NCBI RefSeq assembly: GCF_009914755.1
Contig: NC_060945.1
Direction: 5' to 3' (one strand)
DNA length: 64,000 nt
Source of the DNA: the human T2T-CHM13v2.0 reference genome, Homo sapiens
In this document: positions 1 through 15,700 of the stretch, piece by piece
How the letters are laid out: every line of letters begins with the position of its first letter
Numbering within the stretch: the first letter of the stretch is position 1
Translations under genes and position numbers: made by a program
Notes under the pieces: model-generated
The model's input: only the letters and a program-made list of their open reading frames with translations
The model's database searches: none
Told to the model about the DNA's origin: nothing

Positions 1-3000
1 AGGTGATGTAACTCTTCTCAAGGCTGTGCCCACAGTGGGATTGAGACATATCTCTGCACTGATCCCGAGGTGATCCAACTCTTGCCTGGTCTCTGCCTAC
101 TGGGGACATTGTGACATATCTCTGCACTGATCTCCCAGGTGCAGTAACTTTAGTCTAGGCACTGGCTACACGGCATTGTGACATATCACTGCACTGATCA
201 CCCAGGTGATATAACTCTTGTCTAAGGTCTGCCTGCAGGGTTCCTGTGACATATCTCTGCACTGATCATCCAGGTGATATAACTCTTCTTTAGGATCTGC
301 CTACAGGGTGCTTTATGACATATCCCTGCAATGATCACCCAGGTGATATACCCCTTGTCAAGGCTCTGCCTACAGGGGCATTGCGATGTATCTCTGCACT
401 GATCACCTAGGTCATGTAACTCTTGTCTAGGCTCTGCCTACAGTGGCATTGTGACATATCTCTGCACTGATCATCCAAGTGATGTAACTCTTGTCTAGGA
501 TCTGCCTAAAGGGACTTTGTGACATAACTCTGCACTGATCATCCAAGTGATGGGGCTTTTGTCTAGGCTCTGCCTAAGGGGGCATTGTGACATATTTCTG
601 AACTGATCACCCAGGTGACGGACTCTTGTCTTGGATCTGCCTATGGGGGCATTGTGACATATCTCTGCACTGATCACCCAGGTGATGCAAGTGTTGTATA
701 AGCTGTGCCTACAGGGAAATTGTGAGAGATCTCTCCACTGATCATCCAAGTGATGTAACTATTGTCTAGGCTTTGCCTACATGGGGATTTGTGACATACC
801 TTTGCACTGATCACACAGGTGATTCAACTCTTGTCTAGGATCTGTCTACAGGGGGTATTGTGAAAAAGCTCTACACTCATCATCTAGGTGATGTAACTGT
901 TGTCCAGGCTCGGCCTACAGAGGCGTTTCCACATATCCCTTAACTGATGACAAAGGTGATGTAACCCTTGCCTAGACTTTGCCTACAAGGGACATTGTGA
1001 CATATCACTGCACTGATCACCCAGGTGATGCAACTCTTGTCTAGGATCTGCCTACAGGCGACATTGTGACATATCTCTACACTGATCACCGAGGTGATGC
1101 AACTCTTCTCTATGCTCTGCCTACAGGGGGCATTGTGACATATCTCTGCACTTATCACCAAGGTGATGTACCTCTTTTCTAGTCTCTGCCTACAGAGGGC
1201 CTTGTGACATCACACTGCACGGATCACCCGGGTGATGTAACTCTTGTCTAGGCTCTGCCTATGTGGGCATAGTGACTTACCTCTGCACTGATCACCCAGG
1301 AGATGTGACTCTAGTCTAAGCTTTGCCTAGAGGCACATTGGGACATATCTCTTCACTGATCGCTGAGGTGATGTAAAACTTGTCTAGGCTTTGCCTACTG
1401 TGGGAATTATGACATATCTCTGCACTGATCACCCAGGGAATGTAACTCTTGTCTAGGCTCTGCTTACACGGGGCATTGTGAGATATCTCTGCACTGATCA
1501 CTCAGGTGATGTAACTCTTGTCTAGGCTCTGCCTACAGTGGCATTTTAACATATCACCGCACTGATCACCGAGATGATGTAACTTTTGTATAGACTTCGC
1601 CAATAGGGGGCATTGAGATATATCTCTGCACTGATCATCGAGGTGATGCAACTTTTGTCTGGGATCTGCTTACAGGGGGCATTCTGACATTTCTCTGCCC
1701 TGATCACCCAGGTGATGTAATCTTTGTCTAGGCTCTACCTGCTGCAGACATTGTGACATATCTCCGCACTGATCACCCAGGTGATGTCACTTTTCTCAAG
1801 GATATGGCTACACGGACATTGTGACATGTCACTGCACTGATCACACAGCTGATGTAACACTTTTCTAGGCTCTGGCTACAGGGGGTTTGTGACACATCTC
1901 TGCACTGATCACCCAGGTGATGTAACCCTTGTCTAGGCTCTGCCAAAAGGGGGCATTGTGACATAACTCTGCACTGATCACCCCGGTGATGGGACTCTTG
2001 TCTAGGCTCTGCCTACAGGGGCATTGTGACATATCTCTGCAGTGATCGCGCATGTGATGTAACTCTTGTCTATATCTGCCTACTGGCGGCATTGTGGCAT
2101 ATTTCTGCACTGATCACCCAGGTTATGGACCCTTTTCTTGGATCTGCCTATGGGCCATAGTGACATATCTCTGCACTGATCACTCATGTGATGTAACCCT
2201 TGTGTAAGCTGTGCCTAAAGGGGAATTGTGACAGATATCTCCAGTGATCACCCAGGTGATGTAACAATATTCTGGGATTTGTCTTCTGGGGGCTTTGTGA
2301 CATATCTTTGCACTGATCACCCAGGAGATGAAACTGTTGTCTAGGCTCGGCCTATAGGGGCTTTGTGTCATAAATCTGCACTGATCACCCAGGTGATGTA
2401 ACTCTTATTTAGGCTCTGCCTACAGGGGCTTTGTGATATATCTCTGCACTGATCACCCAGGTGATGTAACTCTTGTCTAGGCTCCACCTACAAGGAGTAT
2501 TGTGACGTATCTCTGCACTGATCACTCATGTGATGTAACTGTTGTCTAGGCTCCACCTACAGGGTGTATTGTGGCGTATCTCTGCAGTGATCACGCTGGT
2601 GATGTAACATTTATCCAGGCGCTGCCTACTGGGGCGCTTTGACATAGCTCTGCACAGATCACCTAGGTTATGTAACTCTTGTCGACTCTCTGCCTACAGG
2701 GGGCATTGTGAAATATCTCTGCACTGATCACCCATGTGATGGGACTCTTCTCTATACTCTGCCTATAGGGGGATTTGTGACATATCTGTGCACTGATCAC
2801 CCAGGTGATGGAAGTCTTGTCTAGGCTCTGTCTATGGGACCATTATGTCAAATATCTGCACTGATCACCCAGGTGATGTAACTCTTGTCTAAGCTCTGTC
2901 TACAGGGATTTTTGTGACATATCACTGCACTGATCACCTAGGTGGTGTAAGCTTTGTATGGGCGTTGCCTACAGAAGGCTTTGTGGCATATCTATGCTCT

Positions 3001-3999
3001 GATCTGTGAGGTGATGCATCTCATGCCTAGGCACTGCCTACAGGGGACATTGGTACATATCTCTGCACTGATCACCCAGGTGATGGACCCTTGACTTAGA
3101 TCTGCCTACATGGACATTGTGACACATCTCTGAACTGATCAACCATGTGATGAAACTCTTGTCTAGGATCTGACTACAGGGACTTTGTGACACGTCTCTG
3201 CACTGATCACTCTGGGGAGGGAACTCTTTTCTATGCTCTGCCTTCAGGAGGCTTTACGACTTATACCTGCACTGATAACCTAGGTGATGTAATACTTGTC
3301 TAGACTCTGCCTACACTGGAATTTTCACATATCTCTGCAATGATCACCCAGTTGATGTAACTCCTGTCTAGGTTCAGCCTACAGGAGCGTTTTGACATAT
3401 CTCTGCACTGATCACCCAGGTGATGTAACCCTTGTCTAAGCTGTGCCTACAGGGGCATTGTGACAGATCTCTCCACTGCTCACCCAGGTGATGTAACAAT
3501 TATCTTGGCTTTGCCTACAGGGGGCTTTCTGATATACATTTCCACTGATGAAACAGGTGATGTAACCTTTGTCAAGGTTCTGCTTACAGGGGCTTTGTGA
3601 CATATCTCTGTACTGATCACCCCAGGGTGGAACCACTTTTCTGCACTCCGCCTACAGGAGGCTTTACGACTTATCCCTGCACTGATCACTAGGTGATGTA
3701 ATACTTGTCTAAGCTCTGTCTACACGGGAATTTTCACATATCTCTATACTGATCACCTAAGTGATGTGACCCTTGTCTAGGTTCAGCCTACTGGGGATTT
3801 CTGACATACCTATGCACTGATCACTGAGGTGATGTAAATCATTTCCAGGCTTTCTGTACAGGGGACATTGTGATATATCTCTGCACTTATCACCCAAATG
3901 ATGCAAATGTTTTCTAGACTCCGCAGGGAGGGGGCATTGTGACATATTTCTTAACGGATCATCTAGGAAGATGTAACTATTCTCCAGGCTTTGACTAAA
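1..3999. repeat. Beta satellite (68-bp Sau3A/BSR monomers), diverged block downstream of the DUX4-like gene
   Basis: Tandem ~68-bp units of consensus ctgcactGATCacccaggtgatgtaactcttgtctaggctctgcctacagggggcattgtgacatatct, with marked monomer-to-monomer divergence. Confidence 0.97.
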
Positions 4000-4102
4000 G
4001 AGCATCAGAAGGTGTTGGGAGAGCCTCAGCCGGAACTTCAAGGGCACAGAGAGGCCAGCGGGCTCCCTTGCACATCAGCCAGGGTGCCCAATGAGCTCAG
4101 GT
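3920..4102 (-). other. Homologue of DUX4 exon 3 (pLAM region) with intact acceptor but no poly(A) signal
   Basis: Minus strand CTTCCTGGCTAG|ACCTGAGCTC...GCAAGGGAGCCCGCTGGCCTCTCTGTGCCCTTG...AGTTACATC...AAATATGTCACAATGCCCCCTCCCTG matches recalled 4qA exon 3 (...GATATATTAAAATGCCCCCTCCCTG). Confidence 0.75.
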
Positions 4103-4470
4103 CTAGCCAGGAAGCCGGCAAAGAGAGCTAGAGGTCTGCGTTCCGCCGCCAGCTGCTCCATGGTGGCAGCTGGGAGGCTGCAGGGGTACGGGCGGGTCGG
4201 CGACAGTAGCATGGAGGCGCAGAGGAGGCAAGCCACCGAGGGGTGACAGGCCTGGACGCTGCGCGGGCCCAGTGTTTCATGGGATGGGCGTCTCCACCTA
4301 GCCTAGTGGAGGACTCATTTCCTGGGGGTGTGGGGTAGGGGTTGGGTGGGGGTGGTCAGGCGTGGGTGGGTTGGTGGAAAGGCATGAGAGCTCTGTCTGG
4401 GCTGCTCCCACAGCACAGGCGGCTGCCCGCAAAGCCGCGCGTGCACAGTAGGCGGCACACATGCTGGTAC

Positions 4471-4552
4471 CTGTGCCGGCTCTGGGACCCCCGTGATGCC
4501 CAGGAAAGAATGGCAGTTCTCCGCTGTGAGGAGCCTCTCACCCGGCCTAGAC
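4471..4552 (-). other. Homologue of DUX4 3'-UTR exon 2 with intact AG acceptor and GT donor
   Basis: Minus strand CCTGCCTTCTAG|GTCTAGGCC...CCAGAGCCGGCACAG|GTACCAG, with the donor overlapping the KpnI site as in DUX4. Confidence 0.7.
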
Positions 4553-4692
4553 CTAGAAGGCAGGAATCCCAGGGCGGTCAGCCCGGTGGAGGGAGCGTGG
4601 GGAAGACACGCCCCTCCATACTCAGCCAGGTGTTCCCCGTGAAAGAGAGGCCACCGCCCTGCCCAGACCCGACCACGACCCCACCCTGCATC

Positions 4693-6167
<1,475 letters not shown>

Positions 6168-6218
6168 ACACCGGAATGTTCCCAGGGCTTAGAGGCCTGC
6201 GGCCGGGGATGGTTTCGT

Positions 6219-6302
6219 GGGGGGGGGGGGGGGAGGGCGTGGTGATGGTGGTCGTGGGGCCAGAGAGACGAAAGGAAGGGGGCGATGGGGAAGGGGTAAG
6301 GG
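6219..6302 (+). repeat. Poly-G tract (G15, 6219-6233) and G-rich low-complexity segment upstream of the DUX4L promoter
   Basis: Run of 15 G followed by GGG/GGT repeats. It corresponds to the C/CAC-rich tract of D4Z4 on the other strand. Confidence 0.85.
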
Positions 6303-6758
6303 TGCCGCGTTTCGGGGGCTGGATCTCCGGACCTTTCCAGGAATCCCGCGGGAACTGGAAGCCACTCTCTGGGCACCCTCGCATCATCAGCAGGGAGAAA
6401 CCGGCTTGGGACGGTGGAGGGGAGTGTGGAACTGAACCTCTGAGGCAGTCTTGAGTGTTCCAGGCCCTCTCTCCGTGAAGAAGAGTTCCTGTTGGTGTCA
6501 CCGTTGCCGGGACAGTCTCACACGCCCAGGCTTGTGGCTCTCGTTCATTTCCATGTAGGAGACCAGAGTGAGACCCCAGAGAGAAGATGCAACCCGGCGA
6601 GATGGCCTGATGATGGAATCCCGTGTGTGACAACATGGGGAGTCTGCAATGTGGCCGGTTTGGAAACTGGGAAGGAGAGCGAAGGCACCGTGCCGGTCTT
6701 CCACACTTCCCTGCATGTTTCCGGGTGCCCGCAGAGCTCTGGGAGCAAACAGTCAGCA

Positions 6759-9700
6759 TGACACATCTCTGAACTGATCAACAAAGTGATGTAACAATCG
6801 TCTAGGCTCTAACAACAGGGGGTTTGTGACATATCTCTGCACTGATCACCCAGGTGATGGGACTTTTGTTTAGGCTCTGCCTATGGTGGCATTGTGACAT
6901 AGTTCTGCACTGATCACACTGGTGATGGGACACTTGTCTAGGCTCTGTGTATGGGGGCTTTGTGACATATCTCTATACTGATCCCCCAGGTGATGTAACG
7001 CTTGACTAGGCTCTGCCTACGGGGCATAGTGACATATCACTGCATTGATCACCGAGGTGATGTAACTCTTGTCCAGGCTCTGCCTATAGGGGGCCTTGTG
7101 ACATATCTCTGCACTGATCATCTCGGTGATGTAACTCTTACTTATGCTCTGCCTGCAGGGGCATTGTGAAATATGTCTGCACTGATCACCCAGGTGATGG
7201 GACTCTTCTCTAGGCTCTGCCTACTTGGGGCATTGTCACATATTTCTGCACTGATCACCCAGGTGACGGACACTTGCCTTGGATTTGCCTATGGGGGCAT
7301 TGTGACATATCTCTGCACTGATCACCCAGGTGATGTAACTCTGGTCTAAGCTCTGCCTAAATGGGCATTGTGACAAATCTCTGCAATGATCACTCAGGTG
7401 ATGTAACAATTGTCTAGGCTCTGCTTAAAGGGGTCTTGTCACATATCTCTGCACTGATCACCCAGGTGATGTAACACCTGTCTAGGCTCTGCTTACAGGG
7501 GGTATTGTGACATATCTCTGCACTGATCACCTAAGTGATGTAACACTTGTGTAGGCTCTGCCTACAGGGGCATTTTGACATTTCTCTGCACTGTTAACCG
7601 AGGTGATGTAACACTTGTCTAGGCTGTGCCCACAGGGGGATTGAGACATATCTCTGCACTGATCCCGAGGTGATCCAACTCTTGCCTGGTCTCTGTCTAC
7701 TGGGGACATTGTGATATATCTCTGCACTGATCTCCCAAGTGCTGTAACTTTACTCTAGGCTCTGGCTACACGACATTGTGACATATCACTGCACTGATCA
7801 CCGAGGTGATATAACTCTTGTCTAGTCTCTGCCTACAGGGGGCTTGTGACATATATCTGCACTGATCACCCAGGTGATATAACTCTCCTCTAGGCTCTGT
7901 CTACAGGGTGCTTTGTGACATGTCCCTGCACTGATCATCCAGGTGATGGGACTCTTGTCTAGGCTCTGCCAAAAGTGACATTGTGACATATCTCTGCACT
8001 GATCACCCAGGTGATGTAACTCTTTCCCAGGATCTGCTTACAGGGTACTTTGAGACATATCCCTGCAATGATCACCCAGGTGTTGTACCACTTGTCAAGG
8101 CTCTGCCTACAGGTACATTGCGAAGTATTTCTGCAATGATCACCTAGGTCATGTAACTGATTGATGTAACTATTGTCTAGGATCTGCCTAAAGGCACTTT
8201 GTGACATAACTCTGCACTGATCATCCAGGTTATGGGGCTTTTGTCTAGGCTCTGCCTAAGGGGGCATTGTGACATATTTCTGCACTGATAACCCAGGTGA
8301 CGGATTCCTGTCTTGGATCTACCTATGGGAGCATTGTGACATATCTCTGCACTGATCACACAGGTGATGTAACTGTTGTATAAGCTCTGCCTACAGGGGA
8401 ATTGTGAGAGATCTCGCCACTGATCACTCAATTGATGTAACTATTGTCTAGGCTTTGCCTAAAGGTGGCTTTCTGACATACCTTTTCACTGATCACCCTG
8501 GTGATGTAATTCATCTAAGTTCTGCCTACAGGAGCTTTGTGACATATCTCTGCACTGATCACTTAGGTGATGTAACACTTGTATAAGCACTGCCTACAGG
8601 GAATTTTGACAAATCTCCACACTGATAACCTAGGTGATGTAACTCTTTTCTAGGATCTGCCTACAGGGTACTTTGTGACATATCCCTGCAATGATCACCC
8701 AGGTGATGTACCACTTGTCAAGGCTCTGCCTACAGGGACATTGAGATGTATCTCTGCACTGATCACCTAGGTCATGTAACTCTTTTCTAGGCTCTGCCTA
8801 CAGTGGCATTGTGACATATCTCTGCACTGATCATCCAAGTAATGTAACTGTTGTATAAGCTCTGCCTACAGGGGAATTGTGAGAGATCTCTCCACTGATC
8901 ACGCAAGTGATGTAACTATTGTCTAGGCTTTGCCTACAGGGGGCTTTGTGACATACCTTTGCACTGATCACCCAGGTGACGTAACTCATGTAAGTTCTGC
9001 CTACAGGAGCTTTTTGACATATCTCTGTACTGATCACTTAGGTGTTGTGACACTTTTATAATCACTGCCTACAGGGAATTTTGACAAATCTCTGCATCAC
9101 CTAGGTGATGTAACTCTTGTCTACACTCTGCCCAAAGGGGGCATTGTGAAATATCTCTGCACTGATCACAAAGGTGATTCAACTCTTGTGTAGGATCTGC
9201 CTACAGGGGGTATTGTGAGATATCTCCGCACTGATCAACTAGGTGATGTAAATATTGTCTAGGCTCTGCGTACAGGGGCATTTTCACATATCCCTGAACT
9301 GATGACAAAGGTGATGTAACCCTTGCCTTGGCATTGCCTACAGGGGATATTGTGACATACGTCTGCACTGATCACCCAGGTGATGCACCTGTTCTCTATG
9401 CTCTGCCTACAGGGGACATTGTGACATATCTCTGCACTGATCACCCAGGTGATGTCACTTTTCTCAAGGATATGTCTACAGGGACATTGTGATATGTCAC
9501 TGCACTGATCACACAGCTGATGTAACTACTGTGTAGGCTCTGGCTACAGGGGGCTTGTGACACATCTCTGCACTGATCACCCAGGTGATGTAACCTTTGT
9601 CTAGGCTCTGCCAAAAGAGGGCATTATGACATAACTCTCCACTGATCACCCAGGTGATGGGACTCCTGTCTAGGCTAAGCCTACAGGGGCATTGTGACAT

Positions 9701-12700
9701 ATCTCTGCAGTGATCACGCAGGTGATATAACTCTTGTCTATATCTGCCTACTGGCGGCATTGTGGCATATTTCTGCACTGATCACCCAGGTGATGGACTC
9801 TTGTCTTGGATCTGCCTATGGGGGCATAGTGACACGTCTCTGCAGTGATCACTCATGTGATGTAACGCTTGTCTAAGCTGCGTCTAAAGGGGAGTTGTGA
9901 CAGATATCTCCACTGATTACCCAGGTGATGTAACAAACAATTTTCCGCGATTTCTCTACAGGGCCTTTGTGACATATCTTTGCACTGATAACCCTGGAGA
10001 TGTAACTCTTGTCTAGGCTCGGCCTACAGGGGCTGTGTGACATATTTCTGCACTGATCACCCAGGAGATATAACTCTTGTTTAAGCTCTGCCTACAGGGG
10101 TTTTGTGACATATTTCTGTACTGATCACCCAGGTTATGTAACTCTTGTCTATGCTCCACCTACAGGGGGTATTGTGACGTATCTCTGCACTTCTCACACA
10201 GGTGATGTAACTCTTGTCTAGGCTCCACCTACAGGGTGTATTGTGACATATCTCTGCACTGATCACCCATGTGATGTAATATTTATCTAGGCTCTGCCTA
10301 CTGGGGCGTTTTGACATAGCTCTGCACAGATCACCTGGGTTATGTAACTCTTGTCCACTCTCTGCCTAAAGGGGGCATTGTGAAATATCTCTGCACTGAT
10401 CACCCAGGTGATGGGACTCTTCTCTATACTCTGCCTATAGGGGGATTTGTGACATATATCTGCACGGATCACCCAGGTGATGGAAGTCTTGTCTAGGCTC
10501 TGTCTATGGGGTCATTGTGTCAAATATCTGCACTGATCACCCAGGTGATGTAACTCTTCTCTAGGCTCTGTATACAAGGATTTTTGTGACGTATCACTGC
10601 CCTGATCACCTAGGTGATGTAAGCCTTGTATGGGCTTTGCGTACAGAAGGCTTTGTGACATATCTATGCACTGATCTCTGAGGTGATGCAACTCTTGTCT
10701 AGGCACTGCCTACAGGGGACATTGGTACATATCTCTGCAGTGATCACCCAGGTGATGGACTCTTGTCTTAGATCTGCCTACATGGACATTTTGACACATC
10801 TCTGACCTGATCAACCAAGTGATGAAACTCTTGCCTAGGCTCTGCCTAAATGGGCTTTGTGACACATCTCTGAACTGTTCACCCTGGGGAGGGAACTCTA
10901 GTCTACGCTCTGCCTACAGGAGGCATTGTGAAATATCTCTGCACTGATCACCCAGGTGATGGGACTCTTCTTTATCCTCTGCCTATAGGGGGATTTGTGA
11001 CATATATCTGCACAGATCACCCAGGTGATGGAAGTCTTGTCTAGGCTCTGTCTATGGGAGCATTATGTCAAATATCTGCACTGATCACCCAGGTGATGTA
11101 ACTCTTGTCTAGGCTCTGTCTACAGGGATTTTTCTGACACATCACTGCCCTGATCACCTAGGTGATGTAAGCCGTGTATGGGCTTTGCGTACAGAAGGCT
11201 TTGTGACATATCTATGCACTGATCTCTGAGGTGATGCAACTCTTGTCTAGTCACTGCCTATAGAGGACATTGGTACATATCTCTGCAGTGATCACCCAGG
11301 TGATGGACTCTTGTCTTAGATCTGCCTACATGGACATTTTGACACATCTCTGACCTGATCAACCAAGTGATGAAACTCTTGCCTAGGCTCTGCCTAAATG
11401 GGCTTTGTGACACATCTCTGAACTGTTCACCCTGGGGAGGGAACTCTAGTCTACGCTCTGCCTACAGGGGGCATTGTGAAATATCTCTGCACTGATCACC
11501 CAGGTGATGGGACTCTTCTTTATACTCTGCCTAGAGGGGGATTTGTGACATATATCTGCACGGATCACCCAGGTGATGGAAGTCTTGTCTAGGCTCTGTC
11601 TATGGGAGCATTATGTCAAATATCTGCACTGATCACCCAGGTGATGTAACTCTTGTCTAGGCTCTGTCTACAGGGATTTTTCTGACACATCACTGCCCTG
11701 ATCACCTAGGTGATGTAAGCCGTGTATGGGCTTTGCGTACAGAAGGCTTTGTGACATATCTATGCACTGATCTCTGAGGTGATGCAACTCTTGTCTAGTC
11801 ACTGCCTACAGAGGACATTGGTACATATCTCTGCAGTGATCACCCAGGTGATGGACTCTTGTCTTAGATCTGCCTACATGGACATTTTGACACATCTCTG
11901 ACCTGATCAACCAAGTGATGAAACTCTTGCCTAGGCTCTGCCTAAATGGGCTTTGTGACACATCTCTGAACTGTTCACCCTGGGGAGGGAACTCTAGTCT
12001 ACGCTCTGCCTACAGGAGGCTTTTTGAGTTATACCTGCACTGATCATCTAGGTGATGTAACACTGGTCTAGAGTCTCCCTTCACTGGAATCCTCACATAT
12101 CTCTGCACTGATCACCCAGTTGATGTAACTCATTTCTAGATTCAGACTACAGGAGTGTTTTGACATATCTCTGCACTGATCAACCAGTTGATGTAACCCT
12201 TGACTAAGCTCTGCCTACAGGGGCATTGTGAAAGATCTCTCCACTGCTCACCCAGGTGATGTAACAATTGTCTGGGCTTTGCCTACAGGGGGCTTTGTGA
12301 TATACATTTCCACTGATCAAACAGGTGATGTAACCCTTGGCAAATATCTGCTTACAGGGGTATTGTGAAATAACTCTGCACTGATCAACTAGGGGATGTA
12401 ACTCTTGTCTAGGCTATCCCTACATGGGTGTTTTCACATATCCCTGAACTGATGAGAAAGATGATGTAACTCTTGCCTAGGCTTTGCCTACAGGGGATAT
12501 TGTGACATATCTCTGCACTGATCTCCCAGGTGATGCAACTCTACTCTATGCTCTGCCTACAGGGGACATAGTGACATATCTCTGCACTGATCACCCAGGT
12601 GATGGGACTTTTGTCTAGGCTCTGCCTATGGGTGCATTGTGACATATCTCTACACTGATCACTCTGGTGATGTAACTCTTGTGTTGGATCTGCCTATGGG

Positions 12701-15700
12701 GGCATTGTGACATATTTCTGCACTGATCACCCAAGTGATGGGACTCTTATCTAGGCTCTGTGTATGGGTGCTTTGTGACATATGTCTGCACTGATCACCA
12801 AGGTGATGTAACGCTAGACTAGGCTCCGCCTACGAGGCATAGTGACAATCACCGCATTGATCACCGAGGTGATGTAACGCTTGTCCAGGCTCTGCCTATA
12901 CGGCGCCTTGTGACATATCTCTGCAGTGATCATGGAGGTAATGTAACTCTTGCTTGTGCTCTGACTGCAGGGCAGAGATATTGTCAAATATTTCTGCAAT
13001 GATCACCCAGGTGATGGGACTCTTCTCTAGGCTCTGCCTACTGGGGGCATTGTCACATGTTTCTGCACTGATCACCCAGGTGACGGACTCTTGTCTTGGA
13101 TTTGCCTATGGGGGCATTGTGACATATCTCTGCACTGATCACCCAGGTGATGTAACTCTGGTCCAAGATCTGCCTAGAGGGGCATTGTGACAGATCTCTG
13201 CACTGATCACTCAGGTGATGCAACACTTGTCTATGCTCTGCTCATAAGGGCCTTGCACATATCTCTGCACTGATCACCCAGGTGATGTAACTGTTGTCTA
13301 GGCTCTGCTTACAAAGGGTATTGTGACATATCTCTGCACTGATCACCTAAGTGATGTAACACTTGTGTAGGCTCTGCCTACAGGGGCATTCTAACATATC
13401 TCTGCATTGTTAACCGAGGTGATGTAACCGTTGTCTAGGCTGTGCCCACAGGGGTATTGAGACATATCTCTGCACTGATCCCGAGGTGATCCAACTCTTT
13501 CCTGGTGTCTGCCTACTGGGGATATTGTGAAATGTCTCTGCACTGATCTCCCAGGTGCTGTAACCTTAGTCTAGGCTCCAGCTACACGGCATTGTGACAT
13601 ATCACTGCACTGATCACCCACGTGATATAACTCTTGTCTAGGCTCTGCCTACAGGGGCTTGTGAAATATCTCTGCACTGATCACCCAGGTGATATAACTC
13701 TTCTCTAGGATCTGCCTACAGGGTGCTTTGTGACATATCCCTGCAATGATCACCCAGGTGATATACCACTTGTCAAGGCTCTGCCTACAGGGGCTTTGCG
13801 ATGTATCTCTGCACTGATAACCTAGGTCATGTAACGCTTGTCTAGGCTCTGCCTACAGTGGCATTGGGACTTATCTCAGCAATGATCATCCAAGTGATGT
13901 ATCTCTTGTCTAGGATGTGCCTAAAGGGACTTTGTGACATAACTCTGCACTGATCATCCAGGTGATGGGGCTTTTGTCTAGGCTCTGCCTAAGGGGGCAT
14001 TGTGACATATTTCTGCATTGATCACCCAGGTGACAGACAATTGTCTTTGATATGCCTATGGGGGCATTGTTACATATCTCTGCACTGATCACCCAGGTGA
14101 TGTAACAGTTGTATAAGCTCTGCCTACAGGGGAATTGTGAGAGATCTCGCCACTGATCACCCAAGTGATGTAACTATTGTCTAGGCTTTGCCTACATGGG
14201 GCTTTGTGACATACCTTTGCACTGATCACCCAGGTGACGTAACTCATCTAAGTTCTGCCTACGGGAGCTTTGTGACATATTTCTGCACTGATCACTTAGG
14301 TGATGTAACACTTTAATAAGCATTGCCTACAGGGAATTTTGACAAATCTCCGCACTGATCACCTAGGTGATGTAACTCTTGTCTACCCTCTGCCCAAAGG
14401 GGGCATTGTGAAATATCTCTGCACTGATCACCCAGGTGATTCAACTCTTGTCTAGGATCTGCCTACATGGGTTATTGTGAAATATCTCTGCACTGATGAA
14501 CTAGGTGATGTTACTCTTGTCTAGGCTCTGCCTACAGGGGCGTTTTCACATATCCCTGAAGTGATGACAAAGGTGATGTAACTCTTGCCTGGCCTTTGCC
14601 TACAGGGGACATTGTGACATATCTCTGCACTAATCACCCAGGTGATGCAACTCTTCTCTATGCTCTGTCTACAGGGGACATTGTGACATATCTCTTAACT
14701 GATCACCCAGGTGATGCAACTCTTCTCTAAGCTCTGCCTACAGGGTGCACTGTGACGTATCTCTGCACTGATCACCCAGATGATGTAACTCTTTTCTAGT
14801 CTCTGCCTACGGAAGGCGTTGTAACATCACTCTGCACGGATCACCCGGGTTATGTAACTCTTGTCTAGGCTCTGCCTTTGGGGGCATTGTGACTTATCTC
14901 TGCACTGATAACGCAGGAGATGTGACACTTGTCTAAGCTCTGCTGAGAGGCACATTGGGACATGTCCCTGCAGTGATTGCTGAGGTGATCTAAAAGTTGT
15001 CTAGGCTTTACCTACAGTGGGATTTATGACATATCTCTGCACTGATCACCCAGGTGATGTAACTCTTTTCTAGGCTCTGCTAACAGGGGCCTTTTCACAT
15101 ATCACTGCACTGATCACCGAGATGATGTAACTCTTGTATAGGTTTCGCCGACTGGGGGCATTGAGACATATCTCTGTGCTGACCACCGAGGTGATGTAAC
15201 TCTTGTCTGGGATCTGCTTACAGGGGTCATTGTGACATATCTCTTCCCTGATCACCCAGGTGATGTAACGCTTGTCTAGGCTCTGCCTCCTGGAAATATT
15301 GTGACATATCTCCGCAGTGATCACTCAGGTGATGTCACTTTTGTGAAGGATATGGCTACAGGGACATTGTGACATGTCTCTGCACTGATCACACAGCTGA
15401 TGTAATTCTTGTCTAGGCTCTGGCTACAGGGGGCTTATGACACATCCCTAAACTGATCACCCAGGTAATGTAACCATAGTCTAGGCTCTGCCAAAAGGGG
15501 GCATTGTGACATAACTCTGCACTGATCACCCAGGTGATGGGACTCTTGTCTAGGCTCTGCCTACAGGGGCATTGTGACATATCTCTGCACTGATCAAGCG
15601 GGTGATGTAACTCTTGTCTATATCTGCCTACTGGCGGCATTGTGGCATATTTGTGCACTGATCACCCAGATGATGGACTCTTGTCTTGGATCTGCCTATG

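Noticed and set aside
14312-14317. ATTAAA on the minus strand as a poly(A) signal for DUX4L
   Set aside because: It lies upstream of the minus-strand gene. By eye I saw no AATAAA/ATTAAA on the minus strand in the 3.9 kb downstream.
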